A stretch of DNA of 57,029 bases from a virus (Duplodnaviria; Caudoviricetes). Shown piece by piece: positions 28,501 through 36,321 of the stretch. Location of the stretch: positions 1 to 57,029 of the IMG/VR virus record IMGVR_UViG_3300043425_000238; one strand, written 5' to 3'. A program made the translations under genes and the position numbers. Positions within the stretch are counted from its first letter, which is position 1; each line of letters begins with the position of its first letter. Under the pieces are notes generated by a model. It did not search any database. It had not been told where the DNA came from and worked only from the letters and a program-made list of their open reading frames with translations.

Positions 28501-29424
28501 GCCTGCTGCCATGACGTCGTCTTCGGCTAAACGCATTGCTGTATCTTGGATCGTGTCATGAAAGTATTCGTAGTTGATGTCCTCAACTGTGTTCATGATG
28601 TCATTTGGGTCCATCGTATCATCAATGCCGTAGATTCTACCAAGGATTCTTTGCGACTGCGGATCTAACTGACTGAACTCAATATCACCGTATTGCAACA
28701 TCAACGCATCATTGTGAAACCGATCTGGAATGCCCGCTTGACGTACTGCATCGTCCATTGTCACCATGTCGTGAGCCATGTCCATGTATTGGTCTATGTC
28801 GCCTTGAGCTGCTTGCTTTAGGTCGACCTTGCTGTACTGTGAAGGTGGAATTGATTGAGCAAACTCTTGCTTAGTAATTCTAGCTGCAGAGTCTGGGTAG
28901 TTTTGTGCTATTACCTTAAGACCTTCCTTCGTCACGCCAGGTTTGCCTTGCACTTGCTTGAGTAGGTCGAACACTGTCTGTGTTTCAGGCCCTTTGATCT
29001 GCTCATCAAGTCTGGTTGTTAAGTTAAGGTTACCTTGAGGTGGAATGATGTTCATCGTAGGGCTGACGCCGTATCGTTCGGCTATGTTGACTGCTTGTCT
29101 TGCTGCGATCGGTGCAGTTGCTTTCAAGGCAGGCTTGACAAGGGGCAAAGCAGGAGCAACGTCCATTGCGCCAAAGCCTAGATCAGTAATGGCTTGACCT
29201 GCGCGTTGTAGATCTTGACGAGGTGTTTGTGAGATTTGGTATTTGCCCATCAATGCATCTTTGATTGCGCCGAAGTCAGTGTTTGCTAATGTCTTTGCGC
29301 CACGATACAACATGGCAGGAGGGAATACGTTGGCTAATGTGTCAAACGTCTCTACGTTACGAGGATTGTTGCCGAATCCTTGCCATAACTCAGAAGCAAT
29401 AGTCGAGAGAGATTTGTCAGCCAT
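25528..29424 (-). CDS. Large composite protein (1298 aa) between TerL and portal
   Basis: Long ORF divided by four (Y/F)AxGGxV motifs; contains an H-x-R...EEIQSD domain. Confidence 0.75.
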   Translation of the reverse strand: MADKSLSTIASELWQGFGNNPRNVETFDTLANVFPPAMLYRGAKTLANTDFGAIKDALMGKYQISQTPRQDLQRAGQAITDLGFGAMDVAPALPLVKPALKATAPIAARQAVNIAERYGVSPTMNIIPPQGNLNLTTRLDEQIKGPETQTVFDLLKQVQGKPGVTKEGLKVIAQNYPDSAARITKQEFAQSIPPSQYSKVDLKQAAQGDIDQYMDMAHDMVTMDDAVRQAGIPDRFHNDALMLQYGDIEFSQLDPQSQRILGRIYGIDDTMDPNDIMNTVEDINYEYFHDTIQDTAMRLAEDDVMAAGYPYEGIQRLVQSQAPHDYFEFGVTHPSQTGEYKHYRSGEAPEGLVGHVRGSYASTEPLELKGGITTKPNSYVIEEIQSDAQKGVEQTGPLHQVHGTLLKSAVQDAAERGADYVYVPTSYPISDTRGLSIPEDYAAIYDKAVMKEGLDPLRKIPGIEINTLEGRHLKRNLDIVDAPYYHEIKLSPEAREYILTGPGQQVPGYAAGGLVASDYDEEQIDKLSDSIFETAPSEGGVSYRDYPNPYGLRAYRNKDGSYGGEMLPKAEGWAGEQRGRGNLKGSTVTEYSMDDERGSFPSINPLLSLDEIDAVAAGNMTPEIYKKAVEWRDLQARHGESAFKNPTGFAKGGEVKDPFADLSVIDKAKLLAKAAKYRVQYNKQAKEHGKYPDILSSALKEKYLDEVGNSRVNRSPLDAAINYGGGYDFGVRGDIPIDVARDMAKAYQYTDYFFSPFTGPKADAVGDYYENMAGVEAGIKERARRASEADIARRSAEYGRRTSKMLPQYEEPGYAEGGAVNTDISKYYTNASMPGLTDLQAKYYTPLATFSAPTPIAPLMNSYSSTTLPSYSPTLPSYSPTLSTPIAQPDLAKYGISSNQFQQLNNLADSSNWLQNYNQAKPVTVNPDLNELAKYYAEQSAVPKPVAPAATMPQATAPVATPTVQSVTKAPMYTKHEGMLFGDDFYDRYAQNVGGQYADPYHNFLMTQARVFGPDSDLPNLYKQYQASGRTDTPDWATLDTTNPISKLPLYAHSWDASGANPVDNLSWAWNSTTPLVEGITVPEGYWDAVLAYNMNLSKWNPTSNTEKFDPEAYKEYNAAAYNAMAQGIYDNNHPAKQNYMSPKARAAAAQSRTNQIANTRSYYDRMRANNIAWGQQNNISVDKENSEIDELEEEFLARMEAEAAAEQAMQASISYGGGSSGYNFGYASPSTRSGSSSSTSSSSGSSGYTPTNTNIGMGGVSGPANMGGGTKGPKYAKGGLVYNDEEINNLADQLLGA
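26783..26828. repeat. 21-bp tandem duplication (TLPSYSP x2) inside the 1298-aa gene
   Basis: gttggtgaataactaggtaac occurs twice, followed by gttg. Confidence 0.9.
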
Positions 29425-29480
29425 GTTAGGATCCTTGGACGGTTTCCCGTGATTGTATTCTCGTTTTACGTAAAAAGAAA

Positions 29481-31040
29481 CTATGCCGCGTAAGGATTCA
29501 CTCTCGGTCTCGGTGGTGCGTAGTCCTCTTGGAATTTATCTTCGTCCAATGACAACATGCCAGAGTCTCTGAAGTAGATGATTGCTTGAGTCATTGTGTC
29601 GACCAAGTCATCATGCTCACCGTTAGGGAACACTAGAACCTGTTGAACTAACTGTTCAGCCCAAGCAGGGAATGCACCCTCACGCTTCTTGGATTCAGGG
29701 ATGTAAACCTTACCAGCTTCGATAAATGGCGTGGCAGCGTGAAGCCTTGTCATCTTGTCTGCTCTGCCTGGATTGTAAGTACGAACAGGAACTCCTGCTC
29801 TTCGAAGATCCTGTGCAAGACTGATGCCTGATCCTTTCTCTTCGATCAACACAGCATCAACGCCTTTGTCTTTGTCACCGTACTTAGCTTTGTAGTCGTC
29901 ATACATCTTCTTGCGTAAGTCAGGATAGCCTAGATGTTCTTGCCATGCATCAAGCAGCACAACACATTTGCCTTCGTTGGTGTTGAATAAGCCCCAACAA
30001 GTGTGAGCTGTCGGGTCGCCTGTTGTTCGTTCAGTAAAGGCCGTGTCGTAAGACTGAAGCACAAACTGTAGCTTAGGTAATGGATCAGCGATCTTAACTG
30101 TCTTGAACCATGCACGCTTGACAAGTCCGCCTTCAGCTGGTGATGGACGTTGTTGCAACTGACCTGATGCACCGTAGTCGCCTAGTTGCACCTTGAGCTG
30201 CTCAACCTCTTTGCGACCGAAACGTTCAGGCCACAATAGTTCGCCTTCTTTCTTACGTGGATCTTCCCAACCAAGGCTGGTCACGATCCTTCGACCTGGC
30301 TCAAACTCGGCAGGCAAACAAAGATGTTCCCATCCGCCTTGACGAAGTACATGGCCTGACAGATCAAGCTCATGTAGACGTTGCATGACTAGAACCTTAG
30401 CACCCGTCTTAGGGTTGTTGAGACGTGTTGACATAGCTTGGTCCCACCACTCAAGAGTCGATTCACGCATGACATCCGACTGAGCTTCCATAGCATTATG
30501 TGGGTCATCACATACAATAGCATCGCCACCATGACCAGTAGTACTGGCACCAACAGAAGTAGCAAAGCGATAACCGTATTGATCGTTCTCGAAAAACGTC
30601 TTGGCATTTTGATCACCTGTTAAAGCAAATCTATGACCCCATCGTTCTTGGAACCAAGGACTCTCAATCAACCGTCTACACTTCAATGAGTCACGAACAG
30701 ACAATGAGCCTGCATATGAAGCAAACAGCCAACGGAATGATGGGTTCTCGATCCAAACCCAAACAGGCCACATAACGGCAGCCTGAATAGATTTCATGTG
30801 ACGAGGAGGAATGTTGATAAGTAAGTTACGAATGTCACCTGATGTGACAGCTTCTAGATGTTCAGAGATGGCTTGCAAATGCCAACCATCAACGAACTCT
30901 GTGCCAGGCTCAATGACATGCCAAGCCTGTTTAGTGAATTCATGTAGACTACGTTCTGCTGCCCGCTTCTCTTTCTCAAGCTTAACTGCTCGATAGAACC
31001 TAGGGTCAGAGACCAATGATAGTTGAGGACTATTCTCCAT
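29481..31040 (-). CDS. terL: Terminase large subunit
   Basis: Walker A INIPPRHMKS, Walker B AIVCDDPHN, MQRLH..D, QQ.P, nuclease SYDTA...HDD.VD. Confidence 0.93.
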   Translation of the reverse strand: MENSPQLSLVSDPRFYRAVKLEKEKRAAERSLHEFTKQAWHVIEPGTEFVDGWHLQAISEHLEAVTSGDIRNLLINIPPRHMKSIQAAVMWPVWVWIENPSFRWLFASYAGSLSVRDSLKCRRLIESPWFQERWGHRFALTGDQNAKTFFENDQYGYRFATSVGASTTGHGGDAIVCDDPHNAMEAQSDVMRESTLEWWDQAMSTRLNNPKTGAKVLVMQRLHELDLSGHVLRQGGWEHLCLPAEFEPGRRIVTSLGWEDPRKKEGELLWPERFGRKEVEQLKVQLGDYGASGQLQQRPSPAEGGLVKRAWFKTVKIADPLPKLQFVLQSYDTAFTERTTGDPTAHTCWGLFNTNEGKCVVLLDAWQEHLGYPDLRKKMYDDYKAKYGDKDKGVDAVLIEEKGSGISLAQDLRRAGVPVRTYNPGRADKMTRLHAATPFIEAGKVYIPESKKREGAFPAWAEQLVQQVLVFPNGEHDDLVDTMTQAIIYFRDSGMLSLDEDKFQEDYAPPRPRVNPYAA

Positions 31041-31332
31041 CGACTTGTGCTTTAGCAATCAAGTCATGTAGACTGTTCAAGTCTTTGTCGGTCAGGTTCT
31101 TAAGATCTATGCCGAACTCCATCTTCAACGGATTGTTAGGATCCCCTGAGATCGTGTGCTCAATAGCTTTACGCTTAGCATAACCATAAGATGCTGCAGT
31201 CTCAAGAGCCTTCAAACGAATGTTTGCCTCTTCATCAAGGTCCATGCCGATTCGGAAGATCTCTTCTAATGGATCGCCGATGGTCTCGACCAGCATCTCA
31301 AATTTTTCTTCCAACTTGTCTTTGGCAGCCAT
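31030..31332 (-). CDS. terS: Terminase small subunit (putative, 100 aa)
   Basis: Upstream of and overlapping TerL; DPLE, R.KA....A.Y.Y.K.KAIEH, L..L.D.DL motifs; AGGAG RBS before MAAKDK. Confidence 0.6.
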   Translation of the reverse strand: MAAKDKLEEKFEMLVETIGDPLEEIFRIGMDLDEEANIRLKALETAASYGYAKRKAIEHTISGDPNNPLKMEFGIDLKNLTDKDLNSLHDLIAKAQVDGE

Positions 31333-31425
31333 TCTATTCTCCTTTGTCCAACGGCGAGGATATTGTACATCAGCATTGCGCCAATCAACAACAATTCTAG
31401 GGAAGTGGCTAGAAAGCACTCAAAA

Positions 31426-31760
31426 CAGTATCAGCAGAGCCAATGTTAACAGTTTGCTAATATAAATCTAGTCCGCGTGAGACTTTGACCAGGCTTTGTA
31501 TATATGGGAGAAATATTAGCATATCAGTAATAATCAGCTCAAAAAGCCGCACAACAAATAGTAATAGTGTTCTTTTTTTCCTATATAGAGAGCACTTTTT
31601 CATTGTTTTTACGCGCAAAACGAGACTATTGTTGCCTCTGTGGCTAATCAGGAACCTGTTTACTTTGCTAATATCTGCTGATACTGCTAATTAGCAGCGA
31701 GAATTTATTTAATGATTACAACTACTTAGAAACTTACGGGGAACCGCGTGCTGATACTGC
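31426..31760. repeat. Iteron-rich non-coding element A (origin-like)
   Basis: Several (A/G)TAT(C/T)AGCA repeats in both orientations; 31485-31692 is a diverged inverted copy of 50494-50700. Confidence 0.7.
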
Positions 31761-31762
31761 AC

Positions 31763-31790
31763 AAAAAACAAAAGAGACCGAAGTCTCTTT
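31763..31790 (-). terminator. Rho-independent terminator ending the early/replication operon
   Basis: aaagagac-cgaa-gtctcttt (cUUCGg loop on the minus strand) followed by a U-rich tail on the minus strand. Confidence 0.75.
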
Positions 31791-31866
31791 GAAAGTTTGC
31801 AGCATGATGTTAAGGATTATCATGGCGCCAAATATAAATGGTTTTTTAAATAAAGTAAATCGATTT

Positions 31867-32070
31867 TTAAGCTGGATTCACTTCATGCCAGGTGATTTGC
31901 ACTTTTATGACTTCAGGATGGTTAAAGAGGAAGCCTTCAAGTTGTTCTATGCTGCTAAAGAGTTCTATAAAGTCATGTTTGAAGTCGGTGCGTTTGCCAT
32001 GTAAGATAAAGATGTGTTGTTGTTTCATTTCTAACCTTTCTAGTATAGTTGTCATTATTGACGCCTCCAT
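31867..32070 (-). CDS. Hypothetical protein
   Basis: Short ORF downstream of a sigma70-like promoter; true start probably MTTILE after GGAGG. Confidence 0.5.
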   Translation of the reverse strand: MEASIMTTILERLEMKQQHIFILHGKRTDFKHDFIELFSSIEQLEGFLFNHPEVIKVQITWHEVNPA

Positions 32071-32100
32071 TCTACACGTTTAAAGATACCTTGTAAACAG
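32069..32100 (-). promoter_or_regulatory. Sigma70-like early promoter ctgTTTACA-N17-TAGAAT
   Basis: Shares the CTGTTTACA -35 box with the 36050 and 43975 promoters. Confidence 0.55.
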
Positions 32101-32505
32101 TTTGAGATACAAGTCCTCCCATCCAGTGATCTTGTGCCCCTTCTTGAACCAGTCTTCACTGACCCAGCCATTCACTTCCTTGGCCTCAGTCCCACGAGCA
32201 AGATACATCTCCTTGCCCACACCTACCAAGATCCAGCTGCTTCCACCCGCTCTTGCCTGCCGTAAGTGCCAGTTGATCTGTTCAGGCCTCAGTCCGTAGT
32301 CTCCCAGCACCCTGGTGTTCGCTCGTGATGGCCATTTGGCCACGTATTTAAGCTCGATCCATGTGTCTACACCACCAGCACAAGCAGAAACGTCAGGCAT
32401 GCCTTCGACCACGCCATTTTCAACCCGGTCCATGCGGCCACCGACACCGTCGATGACCTGCCCGAACCCTCGTTGAATCTTTTTCCAAAGATCCTTTTCA
32501 ATCAT
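32080..32505 (-). CDS. PD-(D/E)xK nuclease (VRR-NUC / Holliday junction resolvase-like)
   Basis: E..LW, R.EN....GMPD, WIELK, LRPEQ..W...GG motifs. Confidence 0.75.
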   Translation of the reverse strand: MIEKDLWKKIQRGFGQVIDGVGGRMDRVENGVVEGMPDVSACAGGVDTWIELKYVAKWPSRANTRVLGDYGLRPEQINWHLRQARAGGSSWILVGVGKEMYLARGTEAKEVNGWVSEDWFKKGHKITGWEDLYLKLFTRYL

Positions 32506-32637
32506 GACTACAGATTCGCTAAGTATTTATCAGCCAAAGCTTCAGCCATGACAAACACATTATCGATCGACTCTTTGCTGAAGTTAACTGCACCTGACTC
32601 AGCCAAGGCCACCATGAATGTCAACACTAACTCTTGT

Positions 32638-32895
32638 CTAGTTGGTGCCATTTTCTGTTCCTTCCAATGGTAATTCAGACTGACCTGCTTCGGCTGCTGC
32701 CTTAACTTGTGCAGCTTGCATAGCTTCAACCTGTTGTTGATGGAGCACTGCCTGAGCCAAGCGAACGTTCATTACTTCTGCTTGAACCTTTAACACTGCA
32801 AAGACTTCGTCAATTGAAGCACCACCAGCAAAGGCTGCTTGAATGCCTTTCGTTACTTCAGTTGATGCTAAGATATATCCATTTTGATCACTCAT
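32638..32895 (-). CDS. Hypothetical protein
   Basis: Part of a tightly packed run of small minus-strand ORFs. Confidence 0.5.
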   Translation of the reverse strand: MSDQNGYILASTEVTKGIQAAFAGGASIDEVFAVLKVQAEVMNVRLAQAVLHQQQVEAMQAAQVKAAAEAGQSELPLEGTENGTN

Positions 32896-33127
32896 TGTCG
32901 TTCCCTTCTTCGTTTAAATAATGCAGACCAGTGCTGCCGTTTTGCCCTATCACGTCCATCCGGCTTTCATCCCATGCATCAGGATCTTCCGGATATTCGT
33001 TCAAGTCAATCTTTCTACCGCGATAGTCACGTTTGCCAAAGATCTGGTCAAATGCGTCTTCGCCTTCCTTACTAAGCATCCCTCGTGTTTTAATGAAGTC
33101 GCCAGTAATGTCGTTCTTCGCTGCCAT
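32888..33127 (-). CDS. Hypothetical protein (MAAKNDITGD.IKT...FD.IFG)
   Basis: GGAGG RBS before MAAKND; motif recurs in small phage proteins. Confidence 0.55.
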   Translation of the reverse strand: MAAKNDITGDFIKTRGMLSKEGEDAFDQIFGKRDYRGRKIDLNEYPEDPDAWDESRMDVIGQNGSTGLHYLNEEGNDNE

Positions 33128-33276
33128 ATTCTTCCTCCAACATAAAGTCTCGACCGTCAAATGCATTGTGCGTCCATACATTCCCATCCAAGGTAGGTCT
33201 GCAAGGACACTTACATGAATAGTGATGAACCATTAGATCCATCACAGGGATCACATGTAGATACTCCTGTCCATCG

Positions 33277-33483
33277 TCAAACGGCATCTTCTTCAATCAT
33301 CTCTTTAGCCATCACTGCTACTAAAGTAGAGAGATCCTTGAGCCGGTCAACCATCATCATCAGGACTACGTCAGGACCTAAGTCGCCACCGTCTTCAATG
33401 ACCATTTGCTGCATGTCCTTGACCCGGTCTTCATCCCGCTTCTTAAATTCTTCAAGCGTATTCTTAATTTTTTCTTTGTTCAT
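33277..33483 (-). CDS. Hypothetical protein (starts MNKEKIKNTL)
   Basis: Start lies inside a 28-bp direct repeat. Confidence 0.5.
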   Translation of the reverse strand: MNKEKIKNTLEEFKKRDEDRVKDMQQMVIEDGGDLGPDVVLMMMVDRLKDLSTLVAVMAKEMIEEDAV

Positions 33484-33706
33484 TATATTTATGCTCCGCA
33501 CGGGATTGCAGTAGTTGTTCCAAAAGAAGAATATGGATACGCCACTCCTGGTTTAGGGTCAGAAATGGATAGCTGTTTTTCTAACCCACAAAGTAAAATC
33601 TCTCTTACTTCTTTATCGTCTGTTACTTTAATAAGCTCTACAAGCTTTTCTACCGCTTGAATATCCATGGTTCCTCCTGCGTATTCTTAATTTTTTCTTT
33701 GTTCAT
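33456..33706. repeat. 28-bp perfect direct repeat (33456-33483 and 33679-33706) flanking a small ORF
   Basis: gcgtattcttaattttttctttgttcat at both positions. Confidence 0.9.
33489..33668 (-). CDS. Small inserted ORF (59 aa)
   Basis: AGGAGG RBS; MDIQAVEKLVELIKVTDDKEVREILLCGLEKQLSISDPKPGVAYPYSSFGTTTAIPCGA. Confidence 0.55.
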   Translation of the reverse strand: MDIQAVEKLVELIKVTDDKEVREILLCGLEKQLSISDPKPGVAYPYSSFGTTTAIPCGA

Positions 33707-33938
33707 GCTCGTACATCTCCCTGCAATCAGCATCGCACCATCTGCGCCCGTCTGTAACAGGCTCAAGACAATACAAGCATTTGCCACTCGTATTCGTAGG
33801 TATCTCCAAGCCACCAGCCTTAGCCACTGCCCTGGAGATCTGCGCTTCCATCATATCTGAAGCTAGGTCTATCTCATCGGCCACGACTCGCTGCCTTCCG
33901 CGCACGTTTAGCGTCAGCATAACGTCGCCATCTTGCAC
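33687..33938 (-). CDS. DksA/TraR-like C4 zinc-finger protein
   Basis: ADEIDLAS N-terminal acidic tip and CLYC...WCDADC finger; true start probably just before ADEID. Confidence 0.6.
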   Translation of the reverse strand: MQDGDVMLTLNVRGRQRVVADEIDLASDMMEAQISRAVAKAGGLEIPTNTSGKCLYCLEPVTDGRRWCDADCREMYEHEQRKN

Positions 33939-34040
33939 GGTTAGCTTCCTTAGCTTCTTCTTCCATGTACTTCTTACCTAGTACAAACCCAATTACTGTA
34001 CCAACTAACAAACCAATTAGCAATTCCATACTTCCCTCCT

Positions 34041-35492
34041 TTACTTGCCAACAAGAACCGTGGTCACATTACCACGACTAAATTCCACGGTACATCCTCT
34101 GCCTTTTTCTACAACCACCACAGCAAATGCCCCGCAGATAAAACTGAACGCACAACAAGCCAAGACTAATTTACCCATCATTTCTCTCCATAACTCACAG
34201 GAGGTGCCAGCAGCTTCCTGCATTGCTCTTTAACCTGTACAGGATAGTCAACACTGATCTCAGCCAAGCGGCAGTCGTATTGCACAGTCAACTTGGTCCT
34301 AGGTGCTTGGTTTGACATCCCTTCCACTTGCGTCATCGCCCACAGCGCAAACAAGCCAGCACCCACCAGCGCAGCAATAAAGAAGATAGCCATTATTCCG
34401 TCGTCTTTATTCATGATCCCTCCTTAATAAGCAAACAAGATCTCACCAGGTCTGCCAATGCCTTCCATAGAGTTAAGCGTACGGATAGCCTTTTCCAATG
34501 CAGCCACGGTTAATGGCACCTTCTTGCGATGCCATCTGGTAATGTTTGGACGACGGCCATATTGCATCCGCACACGAAAAGCAGTGTACGCTAAGAATCT
34601 AACATTATGGCGTAGGTGATCTCGCCTGTGCGCTGCCATGCGCGTCTTGCTATAGCGTCTTCGGATAATCAAAATGGTGCCTCTCCACAAATTTCCATCA
34701 TTTCTTTATAAGTCAGCTTCTTGACCACTACTTCCACGGTGCCAGGAGCAGGATGGTCGAACCTACGCACGACCTCCCCTTCCTCGTCAAGCAAGACCCA
34801 TTTCTTTACAGCGGAAACCATCTGACCAATGCCGGCAAGCCAAACAACAAGAACATACACCCTAACCAGTAGCCTACAAACTTCCAATTGATGGTCCAGC
34901 GTTTAGGCTCATCGGCAAAAGGGATCCAAGGCTTAGGATCAGTCCTGTGGAACTCAAAGTTCTCACGATCCCATGGTTCATAGTACTTCTTCATTTTGCT
35001 TCTCCAACAGACTAAGTTTATATTCAAGCACGTCGATCTTTTGCAGCACAACCATCATGTGGTTCTGTAGACCGTTGATCACGCCAATTAAAGCTGTGAT
35101 CTTGTCATCACCTACACCGTCATACTTACCGAACGGAAAAACGTTGTCTTGCTCGCTCATTTTCTCTCTCCTCTGCTAGATTGTTTTCTTCTTCAAATTC
35201 TTGGCGCATTGCCTGTAAGTTAGCCACGATGGAACGTAGTTCGTCATCGTCGTCCATAGGTTCGTACATCATTTCGAAGAGATTAGCCACGATTCTGCTC
35301 CTTCCATGACAAACCATCTTTTGCAGTGATGACGTTAATAGTATCATTTTTGCGGTCGTAAACTACACGTGGCAACGATCTAGCCATCTTTTCTTGCATT
35401 GCCATGATAGATTGAAGGTGTTCACGACGTTCGTCGTCGTCCATAAAATCTGTAGGATGAATATTTCGCATGTTGATCTCCTTAGTAAGCAA
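34041..35492 (-). CDS. Cluster of about nine short hypothetical early ORFs (several with TM segments)
   Basis: Overlapping 60-90 aa minus-strand ORFs with start/stop coupling; individual boundaries uncertain. Confidence 0.45.
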
Positions 35493-35652
35493 ACACTAGA
35501 TCAGCATAAGCTGACTTAGCTTCACGTTTAAGTACGCGTTCAGATGAACCACTGAAGTCAATGCCGTAGCATTCCATCTTGTACTGCACTTCTGCAGCAA
35601 CTTCTAAGGTAACATTCAACCATGCAGCAATTTCGTGTGTCAATTTATTCAT
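35482..35652 (-). CDS. Hypothetical protein (56 aa)
   Basis: Read by hand: MNKLTHEIAAWLNVTLEVAAEVQYKMECYGIDFSGSSERVLKREAKSAYADLVFAY; GGAG RBS. Confidence 0.55.
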   Translation of the reverse strand: MNKLTHEIAAWLNVTLEVAAEVQYKMECYGIDFSGSSERVLKREAKSAYADLVFAY

Positions 35653-35675
35653 AATCTTTCTCCGCTTTCTAGATG

Positions 35676-35693
35676 AGGGGGCCTGAGCCCCCT
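35676..35693 (-). other. Intergenic GC hairpin (RNA-stabilising or processing site)
   Basis: agggggc-ctga-gccccct, no U-tract. Confidence 0.45.
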
Positions 35694-35698
35694 GTGAA

Positions 35699-36007
35699 TT
35701 AAAAGTTATAGTCGTAATGTTTTACAGGTTTGTCGCTAAGTCCGAATTTACGACCGCTTGCATCTTTCCAGCCTTTTTTACCTAGGCGGATGCGGATGAC
35801 GCGGTTGTTTTCGTTAGACTTGATGTTCCACTCTTGATCGTTGTTATTAACACAGTGAGCTGAAAAACCACCAGGAATGAATTCTGGTTTCCATGATTCT
35901 GAACGTTCTGCATCCATAGCACGAATTTCCATAGTTTTTTCAGATACTACACGAACAACTTCAAATGGATTAACATCTGACCAACCGTAATGATTTGCAT
36001 ACAACAT
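35699..36007 (-). CDS. Conserved hypothetical early protein (102 aa)
   Basis: First gene after a strong promoter; YAN..G.SDV.PFEVVRVVSEKT.EIRAM...YDYNF. Confidence 0.7.
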   Translation of the reverse strand: MLYANHYGWSDVNPFEVVRVVSEKTMEIRAMDAERSESWKPEFIPGGFSAHCVNNNDQEWNIKSNENNRVIRIRLGKKGWKDASGRKFGLSDKPVKHYDYNF

Positions 36008-36049
36008 AACTTTCTCCTCTTTCTAATCGTTCACATTGAACGTGGAACC

Positions 36050-36082
36050 ATTATAAACGGAAGAAATATCACTTGTAAACAG
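36050..36082 (-). promoter_or_regulatory. Sigma70-like early promoter ctgTTTACA-N18-TATAAT
   Basis: Near-consensus boxes followed by hairpin cgttca-cat-tgaacg (36028-36042) and TAGAAAGAGGAG. Confidence 0.7.
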
Positions 36083-36084
36083 CT

Positions 36085-36321
36085 TTAGCGCAAATATTTA
36101 TCTCTTTTTAGCATTCTTTTGTAAAAATCATTGACGGTTCTTGTAACATGTTGACGTGAAACACCTATTTCCTTTGCCACATGAGCCTTACAACGACCTC
36201 CAATGACAACCATTCTGATGGCTTTTTCCATATTTTCATGATACCAGCTTCGTTCAATGATAGCCTCAACTAGCTCTAACTCAACACCGGTCATATTCTG
36301 CATTACTTTACACTCCCCCAA
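36085..36321 (-). CDS. HTH DNA-binding protein (KorA/TrfB-like)
   Basis: R.V...G...AHVAKEIGVSRQHV.R.V helix-turn-helix. Confidence 0.65.
   Translation of the reverse strand: MGECKVMQNMTGVELELVEAIIERSWYHENMEKAIRMVVIGGRCKAHVAKEIGVSRQHVTRTVNDFYKRMLKRDKYLR

Noticed and set aside
31426-31760. CRISPR mini-array or tRNA in the non-coding gaps (also 50342-50882)
   Set aside because: The repeats are about 9 bp, irregularly spaced and in both orientations; I saw no cloverleaf or T-loop motif.
36085-36321. Lysogeny repressor indicating a temperate lifestyle
   Set aside because: No integrase, ParAB or divergent cI/cro pair; the HTH gene is co-oriented directly after polA.
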